Positions 48,089 through 59,644 of a stretch of DNA of 64,000 bases are shown here, one piece after another. The stretch is from Selaginella moellendorffii (Eukaryota; Plantae; Lycopodiophyta): contig NW_003314340.1 in NCBI RefSeq assembly GCF_000143415.4, positions 379,951-443,950 on the forward strand, in the 5' to 3' direction. The notes under the pieces are model-generated. The model was not told the origin of the DNA, searched no databases, and saw only the letters and a program-made list of their open reading frames with translations. The stretch's first letter is position 1. Each line of letters opens with the position of its first letter. The position numbers were made by a program, and so were the translations under genes.

Positions 48089-49322
48089 ATGTCTCTCGCT
48101 CAGCTGCCTCCTGCGCGGCTCTTCTCTCCTCCTCCATCGGCGCAGCAGCGCGAGAATCGCTGCGGCGTTCATCGAAATCTCCATCGCCGCGGGTGTGCGC
48201 CTGCGAAATTCGTAGCGGCGGCGGCGCAGGATCAGAACGCGGAGCCGGATGAGTGGGATGTGAGCCGGAGCTGCGTGAATCCGGTGTTTAGAGGCCCCAT
48301 TTTCCAGGTACGCCGCCTGCATTGTCTTGTTCTTGTGATGATCGAAGCTCTCAGGAGCCTAGCAAGGGCGAGCGGCTCTATGTTGTGTTTGCCAGCGAAG
48401 GGAATGTGTGCCGGTCTATACTTGCGGAGGCCATTTTCAACAAGCTCGCGGAAGAATCCGGCCTCTCGGACCTTGTGGAATGCAAATCAAAGGTTCTCTT
48501 TTCTCTTCTTCCTTTTCATAGTTTTCTTTTCCTCGTTCTCAAGCTTTGTGTTGGTGGTTTGTTCTTCGTTTTCATGGCCAGGCTACAAAGGAGTACAATG
48601 TTGGTGAATCTCCGGAGCCTCAGGCTATCCAAGTCGCGGAGGAACGCGGGCTAAAGCTCCCGGATGGAGCAGTGTCTAAGATGTTTGAGAACCCCACAGA
48701 CATCGTAGAGGCGGATTTGATCATTGTCATGGACAAGGTAAGACAGAACTTTGTTTTTTTCTTTGATTACTGGAGTAGGATGCAGGGCTGCGGCCGGATA
48801 TTGGATTCGGCAGTTCAATGCGTCGGACTTGCTGAAGCAAATAGTTTTGCAAGAGGTTGTTGACAAGAGGACTTCTTACTCGCACAAAGTACGTCGGCTT
48901 GGAGACTTTTGTAAATCGCGACTGGTAACTACAGCTTGCATCTTTTGCTGCTTCTTACCTTCTGATTTGCATTGAATGACAGATAGAAGATATAGATGAT
49001 CCTCTTTACGGCAATATGGGAGGCCCGGAAGAACTTGTGAGTTTTTTTGCCATTCGGGTGTCTCCTCCTAAGTTTTTTGTTCCTGCAGAACCTTGTAAGA
49101 CAAGTGTATAATGATATTTTGGAGTCCTGCGAGGGATTGGTACATTATCTGTTGCAAGTGAAACGAAATTTACAAGGTTTGCTACTTTACTACCGGAAAT
49201 TTTGACTCACCAGATATAACACCCGAACAGGAACTCAAACTATGAAAGAGGGAGTGTCCAAGTTAGTCACTGAGCTAGGAACTATTGACTGGGTGGCACC
49301 ACCTATGCTGCAACGCTCGTGA
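48089..49322 (+). CDS. Low-molecular-weight protein tyrosine phosphatase-like protein, plastid-type presequence, 7 exons, catalytic Cys replaced by Ser
   Basis: Spliced product contains VVFASEGNVCRSILAEAIF, ADLIIVMDK and IEDIDDPLYG, and ends WVAPPMLQRS*. Confidence 0.85.
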
Positions 49323-49653
49323 TAAACCCAGAACCTTGCAGATTTTGAGAAACGCGTCTTACTTTGCAACAGGAGAGCTTGTAACTTGTAAGTGAAGTGG
49401 TGTCAGTGCTTGCTACTAAGAGTTTTCTTTTTCCAGAACTGTGATACTGTAATCCAATACCTAGGAAGAGCATATGTTTTGCAAGTTAAAAAAAGGTTTG
49501 CTGCCGCATTCCAGTGAGCTTTTGTTGACCACGATCTGTATTCAAGCAGGACTGAAAGAGCTAGGAACCAAGATTCTCTCGCAATATGCTTCCACTAGAG
49601 AGTTGGGATTTAGGAATTTAACCTTTTTTGTGCGCAAGGGTAGCAATCTGGCA

Positions 49654-51281
49654 ATGGAGGAGCCAATGTCGAATGTGATTTTCGATTTGGACGGGACATT
49701 GTTAGACACAGGTGGGTGGGTTTGCTTTGCTTTGCGTCGCTGCTCCGACACCATCGGCCTTGCCTTGCAGAGAGAATTGTGGACGAAGTGTGTGAGGAGT
49801 TTTTGGTAGCTAAATACGGCAAACAGTGGGATGGGAGGAACCTGGAGAAGCGGCTTGGCAAGAAGCCTCTTCAAGCTGCAGCCGCGATTGTGGAGGATTA
49901 CGAGCTTCCTTGCACTCCGGAGCAGTTTTTGGCTGAAACCGTGGATCTAGTACGTGGAAGGTAGTAAATCTTTTACAGCTTCCTTTTTTCTGAGGTCATT
50001 TACAGGTTCCGAAACGCTAAAGCGCTCCCAGGTGCTAATCGTCTTCTCAAACATTTAGTTGCGCACAAGATACCAATTGCGATCGGCTCGAACAGTTATC
50101 GGAGTTTTATTGCAGAAAAACTCGCTCCACATTCAGGTAACTCGGTCTGGGTAGAAGCGTTCGTTTACATATTACGATTTTTCTCAGGCTGGACTGAAAA
50201 TTTTCCGGTGATTGTGGCTGGGGATGAGGTCCAAGAACCCAAGCCTTCTCCACAAATGTAACTGGCACATTTATTTATTTATTTTTCCTGGCTTTTGTAA
50301 GAAAAAATATGTTCCCAGATTCTTGGAGGCCGCTAAACGACTCAATGCCACTCCAAGCTGCTGCCTTGTCATCGAAGACTCTCCGTAAGTTCAAAACCTC
50401 CACGTTAGTTCTTGGCATTTTGTGCTAACTATCCGACATTATAGAACTGGTATCACAGCAGGCAAAGCAGCAGGAATGAAAGTAGTGGCTGTTCCGTCTC
50501 TGCCATCCAAGGCCTCACGTCATTTGTACGCATCTGCTGACCAAATTCTTTCGTCCTTGCTGGATTTCAAACCAGAGCTATGGGGACTTCCTCCATTTCA
50601 AGACTGTAAGTCATCTCATCACACTTTTCTCAGTCCTGATCGAATGGATTCTCAACAGGGATAGCAAATGCGCTGCCAATAGAGCCCTGGTACATCTCTG
50701 GACCCGTGATCAGAGGCTTTGGTCGAGGCTCCAAAGTCCTCGGAATTCCCACTGGTACGTAAAACTTCTTGCAAGGCGGTCTTGATCATTTGTTTCCTTC
50801 CGTGCAGCGAATCTCCCGACTGGAGCATTCTCCAAGCAACTAGCAGAGCAAGTTTGCGGGATTTATCTAGGCTGGGCGAGGCTTTCGGACAAGGGAGTGT
50901 TTAAGATGGTGATGAGCGTCGGCTGGAATCCATATTTCGACAATGCAGAGAAAACAGTGGTAAGTGCAAGTTTTACGTTTGTTAGGAAGAAGCTCAGTTG
51001 CTGCTACTACAGGAACCCTGGTTATTGCACGAATTCCCGGAAGATTTCTATGGAGAGGAGCTCCGGCTCATTGTTGTTGGCTACATTCGTCCCGAGGTAA
51101 ACAATCTTTATCCATTTCGTTTCAGAAACATCTGTCGACAATGGTTGTATCTGTCCAGGCCAATTTCTCGTCGCTAGAGGATCTGATTAACAAGATCCAC
51201 GAAGATGGACGTATTGCCAAGGCGGCTCTTGACGTGCCACCTTATTCGGCTTTTCAGGAGGACAAATTCTTGCAACAGTAA
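49654..51281 (+). CDS. FHY: Bifunctional FMN phosphatase (HAD) / riboflavin kinase, multi-exon
   Basis: HAD motifs FDLDGTLLDT, KPSP and LVIEDS; kinase motifs GFGRGSKVLGIPT, MSVGWNPYFDN and DFYGEELRL..VGYIRPE. Confidence 0.95.
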
Positions 51282-52253
51282 GTGTTAGTGTTCACGATCA
51301 TCGAATCAAAATGGAAATAACAGTTCCTTTGGCGAACTTGGGCCAAAGGAAGAAGAAACCAAACACTCTTGGCATTTTCTCGCGTGTTTTTCACTGCTCC
51401 TTAAGATCCACGCGTTTAAAGCTGTAGCAGAACAAGGATGTTTCAACGAATCGCTGATAGAACCAAAAAGAAAATCTAGAGCCGTCATTGTAGAGTTTTT
51501 GAGCTCACAAAAGCTCGAAATGTCAACGACAGTCACTACATAGTCAATATTAGTCAAAACAAATCTTCAAAGACTATGTGGACTTTCATTGACTTAAACG
51601 TAGAATCTACGGCAACTTCTCGCGGGCACAGGTGTTCTTATGTTTCCATGTGAGTCTCATGGAAAATGCGTCTCAATTTCTCAAAGATGAATACTGCAAG
51701 ATGGTTTGAGTAAACGAGTAGAAGCTTGCCTTCATAACAAGAACCGAGATACCATTTTTGGCGAAATGATTGTGCTGCCCTTGGCATGGACGGCAGTAAG
51801 GATTTCTGACGAAGACGGAGGAAACAATATCAAAAACTCGTTTTGTTCCAGATTTCAGTTTTGGCACAGCTCTTCGATTGTCGGTGATATTTGATTATTA
51901 TTTGAAGTTGTAACTTTAGGAAAATACGATCCTTCCGCTATAAAGACATCCTTCCCATTGACATCGAGAATTCACAAGAAACCAACCATCCGCCACTCCA
52001 ATGTCATCCCTCACGCATTCGACTTGTACCTCTCCAGGCGTGGGTGCTCCCCTACGGTCGCATCCTTTCCTTCTGAATCAAAGCTTGTTCCTGTGCAAAA
52101 GGAGAATTGGTAGCTGCTTAATCCAGTGCTGCATCCTGCTGTTCATGACAAGAGCTCTTTGAATGCAACCTTACAAACACAAACACAACACTTGCTAAAA
52201 ACAATTCTATGCAATCCGGTTTTCGTCATGAAGTCAAAAGCTAGAACACGAGG

Positions 52254-52315
52254 TGAAGATGCGGGATATCTATCCCAGTGCCTAAGCGAGCGCTCTACCA
52301 TCTGAGCTACATCCC
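52254..52315 (-). pseudogene. tRNA-Ala(AGC) pseudogene with a 10-nt deletion across the anticodon arm
   Basis: GGGATGTAGCTCAGATGGTAGAGCGCTCGCTTAG^GCACTGGGATAGATATCCCGCATCTTCA; lacks CATGCGAGAG and has T-stem mismatches. Confidence 0.85.
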
Positions 52316-53028
52316 AAAATTTGCAAGCTTCTCTTTTATGTTCTGTTAACTAGGAAATCCAAGTAACCTTCTTGACGATGAGCAATCTGGACAGACCTAG
52401 CTCTATACTACTCTCGGCTTCTAGAAGGCATAGTTTGGAATATCATTTGTTTTAAGCAATATTGGAGATGATGATTGATTTTATTCCTTCAAAGTTCTAC
52501 TACATTTTCTACCTAGGGAAACGTTTTTTTCTCGTCCTTGTCTTCTCCCTTCTCACGCTTCTCTTGATTGTCTCTCAGTTCCTTGTCTTCGGCCTTGTGC
52601 TTTTCTTCTCTCTGGTCATCCTTTTCCTTGTGAATGTCATCCTTTAAATCAGCACGATCACACCTATTTTTGAAGTTGATGTTGATGTTGATATTGTTGT
52701 TGTTGTTCATGTGCTTGCGCACACCTTGCCCAATATCATCACTGTCTTCCACAGAGTGCAAAAGAAATTTAGGAACTGATTGAGCTTGATGTGAATCTTG
52801 CTATTCATGAACTTCGACAGAGAAGAGCTCCCTCTTTGAAGAAGACAATGCAACCTTCACAAACACAAGCACAAGAAACACTAGAGCAGCCTGAGAAGAG
52901 ACAACCTTCAAACAAGTATTGCTTGCTTGGTGAAGCAGGTTTATGGTCTAGCATGCATTTCATACATTGCCAAGTGTGTCTTCATGCAATTACATCTTTT
53001 GCTATACAAGATTTGCAAAATTAAGAAA

Positions 53029-53066
53029 TGGAGATGTCGGGTATCGATCCCGATGCCTCTCGCATG
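53029..53066 (-). pseudogene. Isolated 3' half of tRNA-Ala
   Basis: CATGCGAGAGGCATCGGGATCGATACCCGACATCTCCA with a perfect T-stem TCGGG/CCCGA, followed by a T-rich tract. Confidence 0.8.
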
Positions 53067-53091
53067 AAGATTCTCCAATATCGAGAAACCT

Positions 53092-54344
53092 TTAAATGGA
53101 TCTCTGATTCCATAGCAAAACCTCGTCGCTCCCCAACACCTCTACGATTTTGATGTCTCTAATGAGCCCATAGAGCTCTCCAAAAACTGTAGAATTTGGA
53201 TAGAGCATGATCCACTCGTCCCAAACTCGAGCCCACGAAAATCTCTCCTCCGACCACAGCATCTTGGAATTGAATGCCAATCCAGTCCACTCGTGAGCGG
53301 GGACACTTTGAACAAAAGCGATGCTGGTGTTGGAGGAATTGGACGAAAGCTCCCAGCCGCTGACTAGCTTCCCCGCAGAGCCAAAGGTTGTTCTTTGAGT
53401 GAAAACTCCATGTAAAGATGGTGAGGTCCTTGCGAGACCTGCTGGGAATGCCGCTACCCTCGCCACCTTTTGGAGTTCGTCAAAGAGATGGAGGCTGGCG
53501 GTGCTGTGCTCGTCGATGAAGACGATGATGCCTTCCATCTTATTTTCTCGTATGAAACTGGCCAAAAAGATTGATCTAGTTTGTAGAAAAGATAAGTCTA
53601 GAGAACTTACCTGAGACTTTGGATCCTTCTCGACAACGCCATGGAAGAAGCCAGATCATCCATCCGCGGCTCCAGCAGCGCAAACTTCGTAGCGCGGCTC
53701 CTCGAGAGAACCTCTCTCGTGGTGTCTCTTTGGTGATCATTCGTGAAATTGGAGCATTCCATGACGATCCACGAGATGGAGGCCCGCGAGGCAGCGCAAG
53801 CCAGAGTGTTTGCCATGGCCCCCAATCTGAGCAACACTTGCATTCTTCGCTCTCGCTGCTGGCCACCTTTGCAATCTCCCAGCGTGGTCACCACGATCAC
53901 CTCTTGCTTCTTGTTCATGAGCTCTTCCTCCTCAAACGCCCTTCTCTGCTCGAGCTGGACGCGATCCATGATCGCCTGTGCGGCGGCAAGTTCGCGCGGA
54001 TTTGGGTGAGGCCAGGGGCGGACGATGATCGGGTGGCGACCCGGATGGACGCAACTCGAGGGGGAGGAGCTCGCCATCGTCTTGGGTGGACTGGCCGCGC
54101 TCATAGCCATCCTTGGAGCTCCTCCGGTTCCATGGCTAGCTATCGTGGACTCGAGCAACAGGGGTTGACCACGATTGGCGCGGTGGTAATCGCTGGAAGA
54201 AGAGAAGAGGATCAAGGAGAGCTCCATCCCCAGCATCAAGCTCGCGATGCAAGCCACTAGATGGACCGACACGCCCAACGCCGCGATCGACGAGAATCCA
54301 CTGCTCCATCCACTCCAAATCATCAGAGAAGAGCCACTGCTCAT
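53092..54344 (-). CDS. GT43 glycosyltransferase, IRX14-like, divergent; intron 53558-53610
   Basis: N-terminal membrane segment; GRHPIIVRPWPHPNP..IMDRVQLEQ (IRX14 signature); GIIVFIDE..LFDELQKV; EWTGLAFNSKMLW. Confidence 0.82.
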
Positions 54345-54721
54345 TGATTGCTAGCATTATCCTCCTCGAGAAAGAATCGATAGAAGAGAGAAAGGAGCTG
54401 GAGAAGTCGATCGATCGATGGAGGAGAAACGCTGTGGAGGGCGTGAACTCACTCCTGGGGCGTGCTATGCCAGTGGCAGTGTTTCCTCTGTACTAAAGTC
54501 ACGGGCTTCATGGCATGGCCAACTTTCTTCCATTCTTTTTAATTAAATTTCCCTGCTTTGCAGGTCTTTTTTCTTGTTTTTCTTTTTAATTTCTGCAAAT
54601 GCCAGCAAAGGTGGCATAGCCCATCATTCTCTCCAAAGTGTTTGCCAACTCACACTAGCTATGGGGTTTTATTCATTCCACTGCCGTATGGACCACCTGG
54701 CTGATACTATACGATCGTATA

Positions 54722-56927
54722 CTAAAAGTTGGCAGACTTCCCCGTGGAGACCAAAAGGTTCCTTCTCGCGAGAGGTGGCTTGCCTGGAGCTTTGACAAGC
54801 TTCTCCCTGAGCCACGATTCAGAGGGTCCTCTTGGAACCGGAAGAGCAATGCTAGCACCATCGATCTCCTCCCGAAGATCACGACTATCATCGCTCTCTC
54901 CCCAGTAGATCCTCGCGTTTGATGGAGATTTGTCGTGATCCTCGCGATCTTCGGCTTCTCCGAAGGGGTTGTTCTTCGATGATCTCGGTGTGACTGTAGA
55001 ACTGGCTGTGATCTTGGTCTTGGAAGGCACGTAGATGAACAGCCGATCTTCCTCCACACGCTGCTTGGATCCCATCGACGAGAAGCTCTCGTCTGGGATC
55101 ACCACGCCTGGATGAATGCCTCTCTCGTCCAGAGCGTTCGCGCTCTTATTCCTGGACGACTTGATCATCGTCTTGACGGGCTTGGCTGGATCGAAAGTTT
55201 CCGTGAGAACTCCCTGCCGCATCTGATCGAGCGTGTCGAGGCAGAAAACTTTCTCCGTGGCCAGGCCGCCACTGTAGGAGTTCTGCCTCGAAGCTCGTCT
55301 CGAAAGTTGGATCGACGTGAGTGACTCGCTCGAATCGCTCTCGTTTCCATTCGCTGGATTGCTGGTAGCGTTCCTGCTGTTTGTCTGGAACTTTGCGGCT
55401 GTTTTGCTGTCCGACTTGACGATGGGATACATTCGCTTGATGAACGTGGATCCAACTCGTCGGTCTCTCGGCATTCCCAGGAAGCCTTTGCTCTCCACCA
55501 TGGCCGGAGATTTGAGACCGCCGCGGGATGGAGTGTAGCGGCAAGCCAAGTAACTGGTGTTCTTCCGAAACTCGCTCGATTCGTCCTCGAGATCATTCTC
55601 GTCGCGACCACCATCGCCACCCTGAAGGAAGCTCAAACTTGTGTCAAGAGTTTGGAATGAAAATGAAAAAACGTAAAAGAATTTGCTACTCACCTCGTCA
55701 CTCCACCACTCCGTGCTGCAGCTTTCATCGCCGTCATCTTCGCAATCAAGACTTTCTCGTTCCACCTCCAACTTTTTCTTTGAAGCTCTCGCTCGTCGAG
55801 GAGAAGAAGAAGATCCCCTGCCTTCATTGCCGCTGGCTTGGATCATCCTGAGCAGCGGGAAGAAACCACAAACGCTGCCAACAATGGTGGTGTAGCGCTG
55901 GCTGGAGAGATCCCCGTCGCCACCCTCCGAGTCACGAAGACCACCACTCCTCCTCGGCTCACTCCGAGAGTTTCCAGCATCGTCATGCATCTTGATCAGC
56001 TCTGCAAAGCTTTTCTTCTCCGGCCTTGGCGGTGGATGGTGGTGTTGTTCTTTGCGATACTGGTGGCCTTGCGGAGAAGGATGAGCGATCAAAGGCCTCC
56101 TCCACGCCAACTCTGTTTGCTGCGCCATCTCGCGAGCCACAGCCTTGGCCGCCGGCAAGAACCTTTGCATGATCATATCTCGATCGCTCGAGTTATACTC
56201 CACCATAGCCATAGCCTCCTCTTCGTTGCAATCCCACTCGCCACCATCTTCTCGATCTTCTCCCTCTTCCTCTCCTCCTCCAAGCTCACTCACCATATAA
56301 GTTGGAGCAATCGACAGCGTCTCGGTGTGAGCAAAGTCCGACCTCGCGTCCGCGAACTCCAAGAAGCTCGTCGTCTCTTTCCTTCCTTTCTTCTTGCTCG
56401 TTGTCTCTGGAGGTGGAGCGAGCACCAGGGCAGTAGCAGTAGTAGCATCTGATTGGTCTCCACCATAGCCAGTCACAGCGCGATCGTCTCCCTCGCGAAG
56501 AGCGATGGATTCGATGGGTGGCCGCGGCGGTGGCAGCTCCCAAGTGAAGAATGGAACCAAAGGCCGCTGGCTGAAGCTACTGCTGCGCCGGGAAGTCCTG
56601 GCGGAACTGCGAGGATTGGGATCGCCGCGAGAGCCACATTCCCCGGGCGCTCCATCTCGATTCCTTCGCACCGACAGCAATGGCGCATTCAAATCCAGCT
56701 GCTTCTTACCGACATTGCTCGCGGGCGCGGGCGCCCTCTTTGCGTCCTCGACGCCGCGGAATTCCTCGCCCCAGATCCATGGCTTGAGCAGCCGCGCGTC
56801 GCCCGCCTCGACCTCTTCCTTGCACCCCCTGCCCTGGATTGGATAGAGTAAAAAAGGAAGAAAGAGCGAATTTTAGATAGATTCCTTCTTCTTCCAAGAC
56901 GAGATTTTGGCCAACCTTGTGAAGCAT
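54722..56927 (-). CDS. DUF688-family protein; probable introns 56834-56915 and 55622-55693
   Basis: KQLDLNAPLLSVRR, VPFFTWE, IMQRFLPAAKAVA and PRGPSESWL motifs. Start codon at 56927 is tentative. Confidence 0.78.
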
Positions 56928-57667
56928 TCTTCCAATCCAAGCGATTGCATTGACGAGGAATGGATTGCGCGCGGCGCTGCTAGAGCTCGTCCTCCATGAA
57001 TCATAGAGGAAGAAAGGTTTGCTAGAAGATAGAAGAAGATAGAAGAAGCGAGGTAATGTTCTTGGGAGTATGTGGTAAAAATTGCAAAGCTTTGGTACTA
57101 GCACGCGCGATAAATGCCGGCTCCAAAGCTTGGTTTTCACAACACACCACGACGAAAACACGATATGCCCAAGTCTGGTATCCGCTGGCTACTTCCCACC
57201 AAATCTCCTTCAAGGCCAATCTTTCTCCTTCCTCCACGGAAAACTTTTCCTCCTCTCATTTTTTCTTGCTTGGACTCTCACGGGGGTTCGAATCTCACTT
57301 CCATACCGCTTAGCTTAGTTCGTTGCCACATCCTTTTCCTTGCCAAGCGATGGAGATTTCGCGAAACTCTCGTCGCTTTGATCGTCGCTTTTCTCTTACG
57401 TTGATCCACACAGAGATTGCTCGAGGAAAGCTGCCGCGCAGCGAATCTCTGCCGACATCTCACCAAACACACACGATGGACGAGAAAGTGAGACAAAAAA
57501 AGAACCAAAGAAAGCGTACGAAGCACAGACAATCGAACCAACCTGGTTTTAAGGCATTCGTACGAAAGAATGGAGAACTTAGCTACGTGCCTGGAACTAT
57601 ATCTCTAGCTCTAGCTCGGTGGAATGCAAATGAATGAAGGAGAGCCCAAGTACCTTGCTCCGAGAGC

Positions 57668-58987
57668 TCACACCTTGGTGGCTGGGAGGATTTCCTCCGG
57701 CTGCTGGATCTGCTGTGTGGACGACGAGGAGACTTTGTGGCTCACGTATCCATAGAACGTACATCCCAGCAGCGTTATCGTGCAGCCGATCCCGTTCATG
57801 ACAGAGATTGGATTCCGGAACACAAACCACGACACCGCAATTGCCACCGCAACCTGCAAAGATAGTAGTAGAAATGGAGAGGTTAGAACGCAGCTCGAGA
57901 CAGCTGACGAGCCAACGACCGGAGCTTTCTCTCTTTCTTTTTGAATTGAAATGTCTATAGCATACCTTTAAGTTGCCGGCGACATTGAATGTTAAAGCTG
58001 TCGTGGACTGGATCACGTAGAAAATAGAGAAGTTGAGACAAAAGGCCACAACGCCAGAGCCGACGAGGACGAGAAGCGGCATGCCGAGAGACTCCTGCTC
58101 CTGGATCCATCTTAGAACGCCGCCGCCTTCTACGAACGGTGCCACCAGACAAAGAACTGCTGCGGCGTTTGGAGCCATGTAGTAGACAGTGTTGATGCTG
58201 TGCAAAACCAAAACAGAGAAAAGAAGGCATCAGCTACAAACTTAAAACTCCGACGACGTTTCAACAATACCTGTCGAAGTTGAAGCCGTGTAGAAGCCTT
58301 TCTGCTAGGATTGTCTTCGTGGACGTAACCAGGCAGCCGAAGAAGGCAGCGAAGAAGCCAATTGTGTTGAAGCTAAGCTCCGTGAGCGAGGCCAGTAATA
58401 TGCCACCCACAACAGGCAGCAGCGAGAGCCAGACTTTTCGATCGAACACCTTCCCCCAGACCAGCCACTGCAAGATCACTAATCCAAGTCCAGGTACAAG
58501 TAAACAAACGGAAAAAAAAAACCAGAAAACTTACGAGTTGTGGCTGGAGTGAGGGACTTGACCGTCTGCATGAAGGAAACCGGGATGTATTTCAGGCTCA
58601 CATTACCCAGCACGATGTTGAGACAAAAGACAAGTGACATAGGGAGTATCCTCTGAGCGCGATCTACAGAATTTACATGGATCAGAGGTTTCAATCTCAA
58701 CAAGCTTATACTGATGAAGGCTCCTACTGAAGAAACAACCAGGTGAATGATTGTTACTGTTAGAGGGAACTTAAACTCGAGAATCTGTCAAGCGGCATGC
58801 AAAGTCAGTGGAAGTACACTTTTTTTCTTGTCTCTCGTATTTGTTCTTGACTCTCTCTGTGTCTATCTCTTTCACAAGCCAAACTTACCTGAAAGATCCA
58901 CTTATTTGAGACCACCGTCATAACGTTGAAACACCACCACAGAAGTATAGCACCAACACCCATGCTCAAGCTCCTCTTGCCTTCCAT
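57668..58987 (-). CDS. Nucleotide-sugar transporter (TPT family, UDP-galactose transporter 1 / GONST5-like), multi-exon
   Basis: AILLWWCFNVMTVVSNKWIFQ, NIVLGNVSLKYIPVSFMQTVKSLTPATT and TFNVAGNLK. Confidence 0.93.
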
Positions 58988-59644
58988 CTTGGAGCTCCTA
59001 GTCCCTCCTTTATCCTGCACAGCAAGAGCAAAGGCATTAGAAAACCACTTCCTTCTCTCCAAACTTTTCTTTTGCTACACTTCTGACGGAGCCCATCTTT
59101 CCAATTCAGAGAAACGCTTCACAGATCTGCACCTGGAGCGAGCCAGCCGTTTTGCTCATCTCTCCTTGCGATAGCCCAAGCGAGCAACACTTTGCTCCAC
59201 ACAGCCGAAACAAGAAATGGTATACCTAGAAAAAGGAAAGGAAGAAAATGTTTGTACCTTGAAGCGGGACCGAAATGCTGGAAGGATCGACCTTCCCGAT
59301 CTTCCTGTAAGCTTGAAAAGTGAGTGATACAAGGAAGAAGCGAGAGAGAAGTAAAGAGAAAAGGTCTCGTACAACAATAGGAAATACATGACAACCCACC
59401 AGAAGCTTACATCACTTTTATAGTCACACTCTCTTGCTTACTCGCTAAGGAGCAATGAACAGCTTTTTAGCTCGCTCACAGTTCGTTCTTTATTCTCGCT
59501 GCTAGTACCTATGGAGAAAAATATAAAAACCCGTTATCATCATCTAAAGCCGAGAGAAGAATAGCAGACTACCACCACCATCGCATTGGCGCTTCTCCGC
59601 TTCTTTGCGCAGCGTGTGCGAATGCCAGCCTTCGCTTCGGTCAC

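Noticed and set aside
52462-52761. Short hydrophobic and Asn/Lys/Glu-rich ORFs
   Set aside because: Low-complexity sequence with no supporting gene structure.
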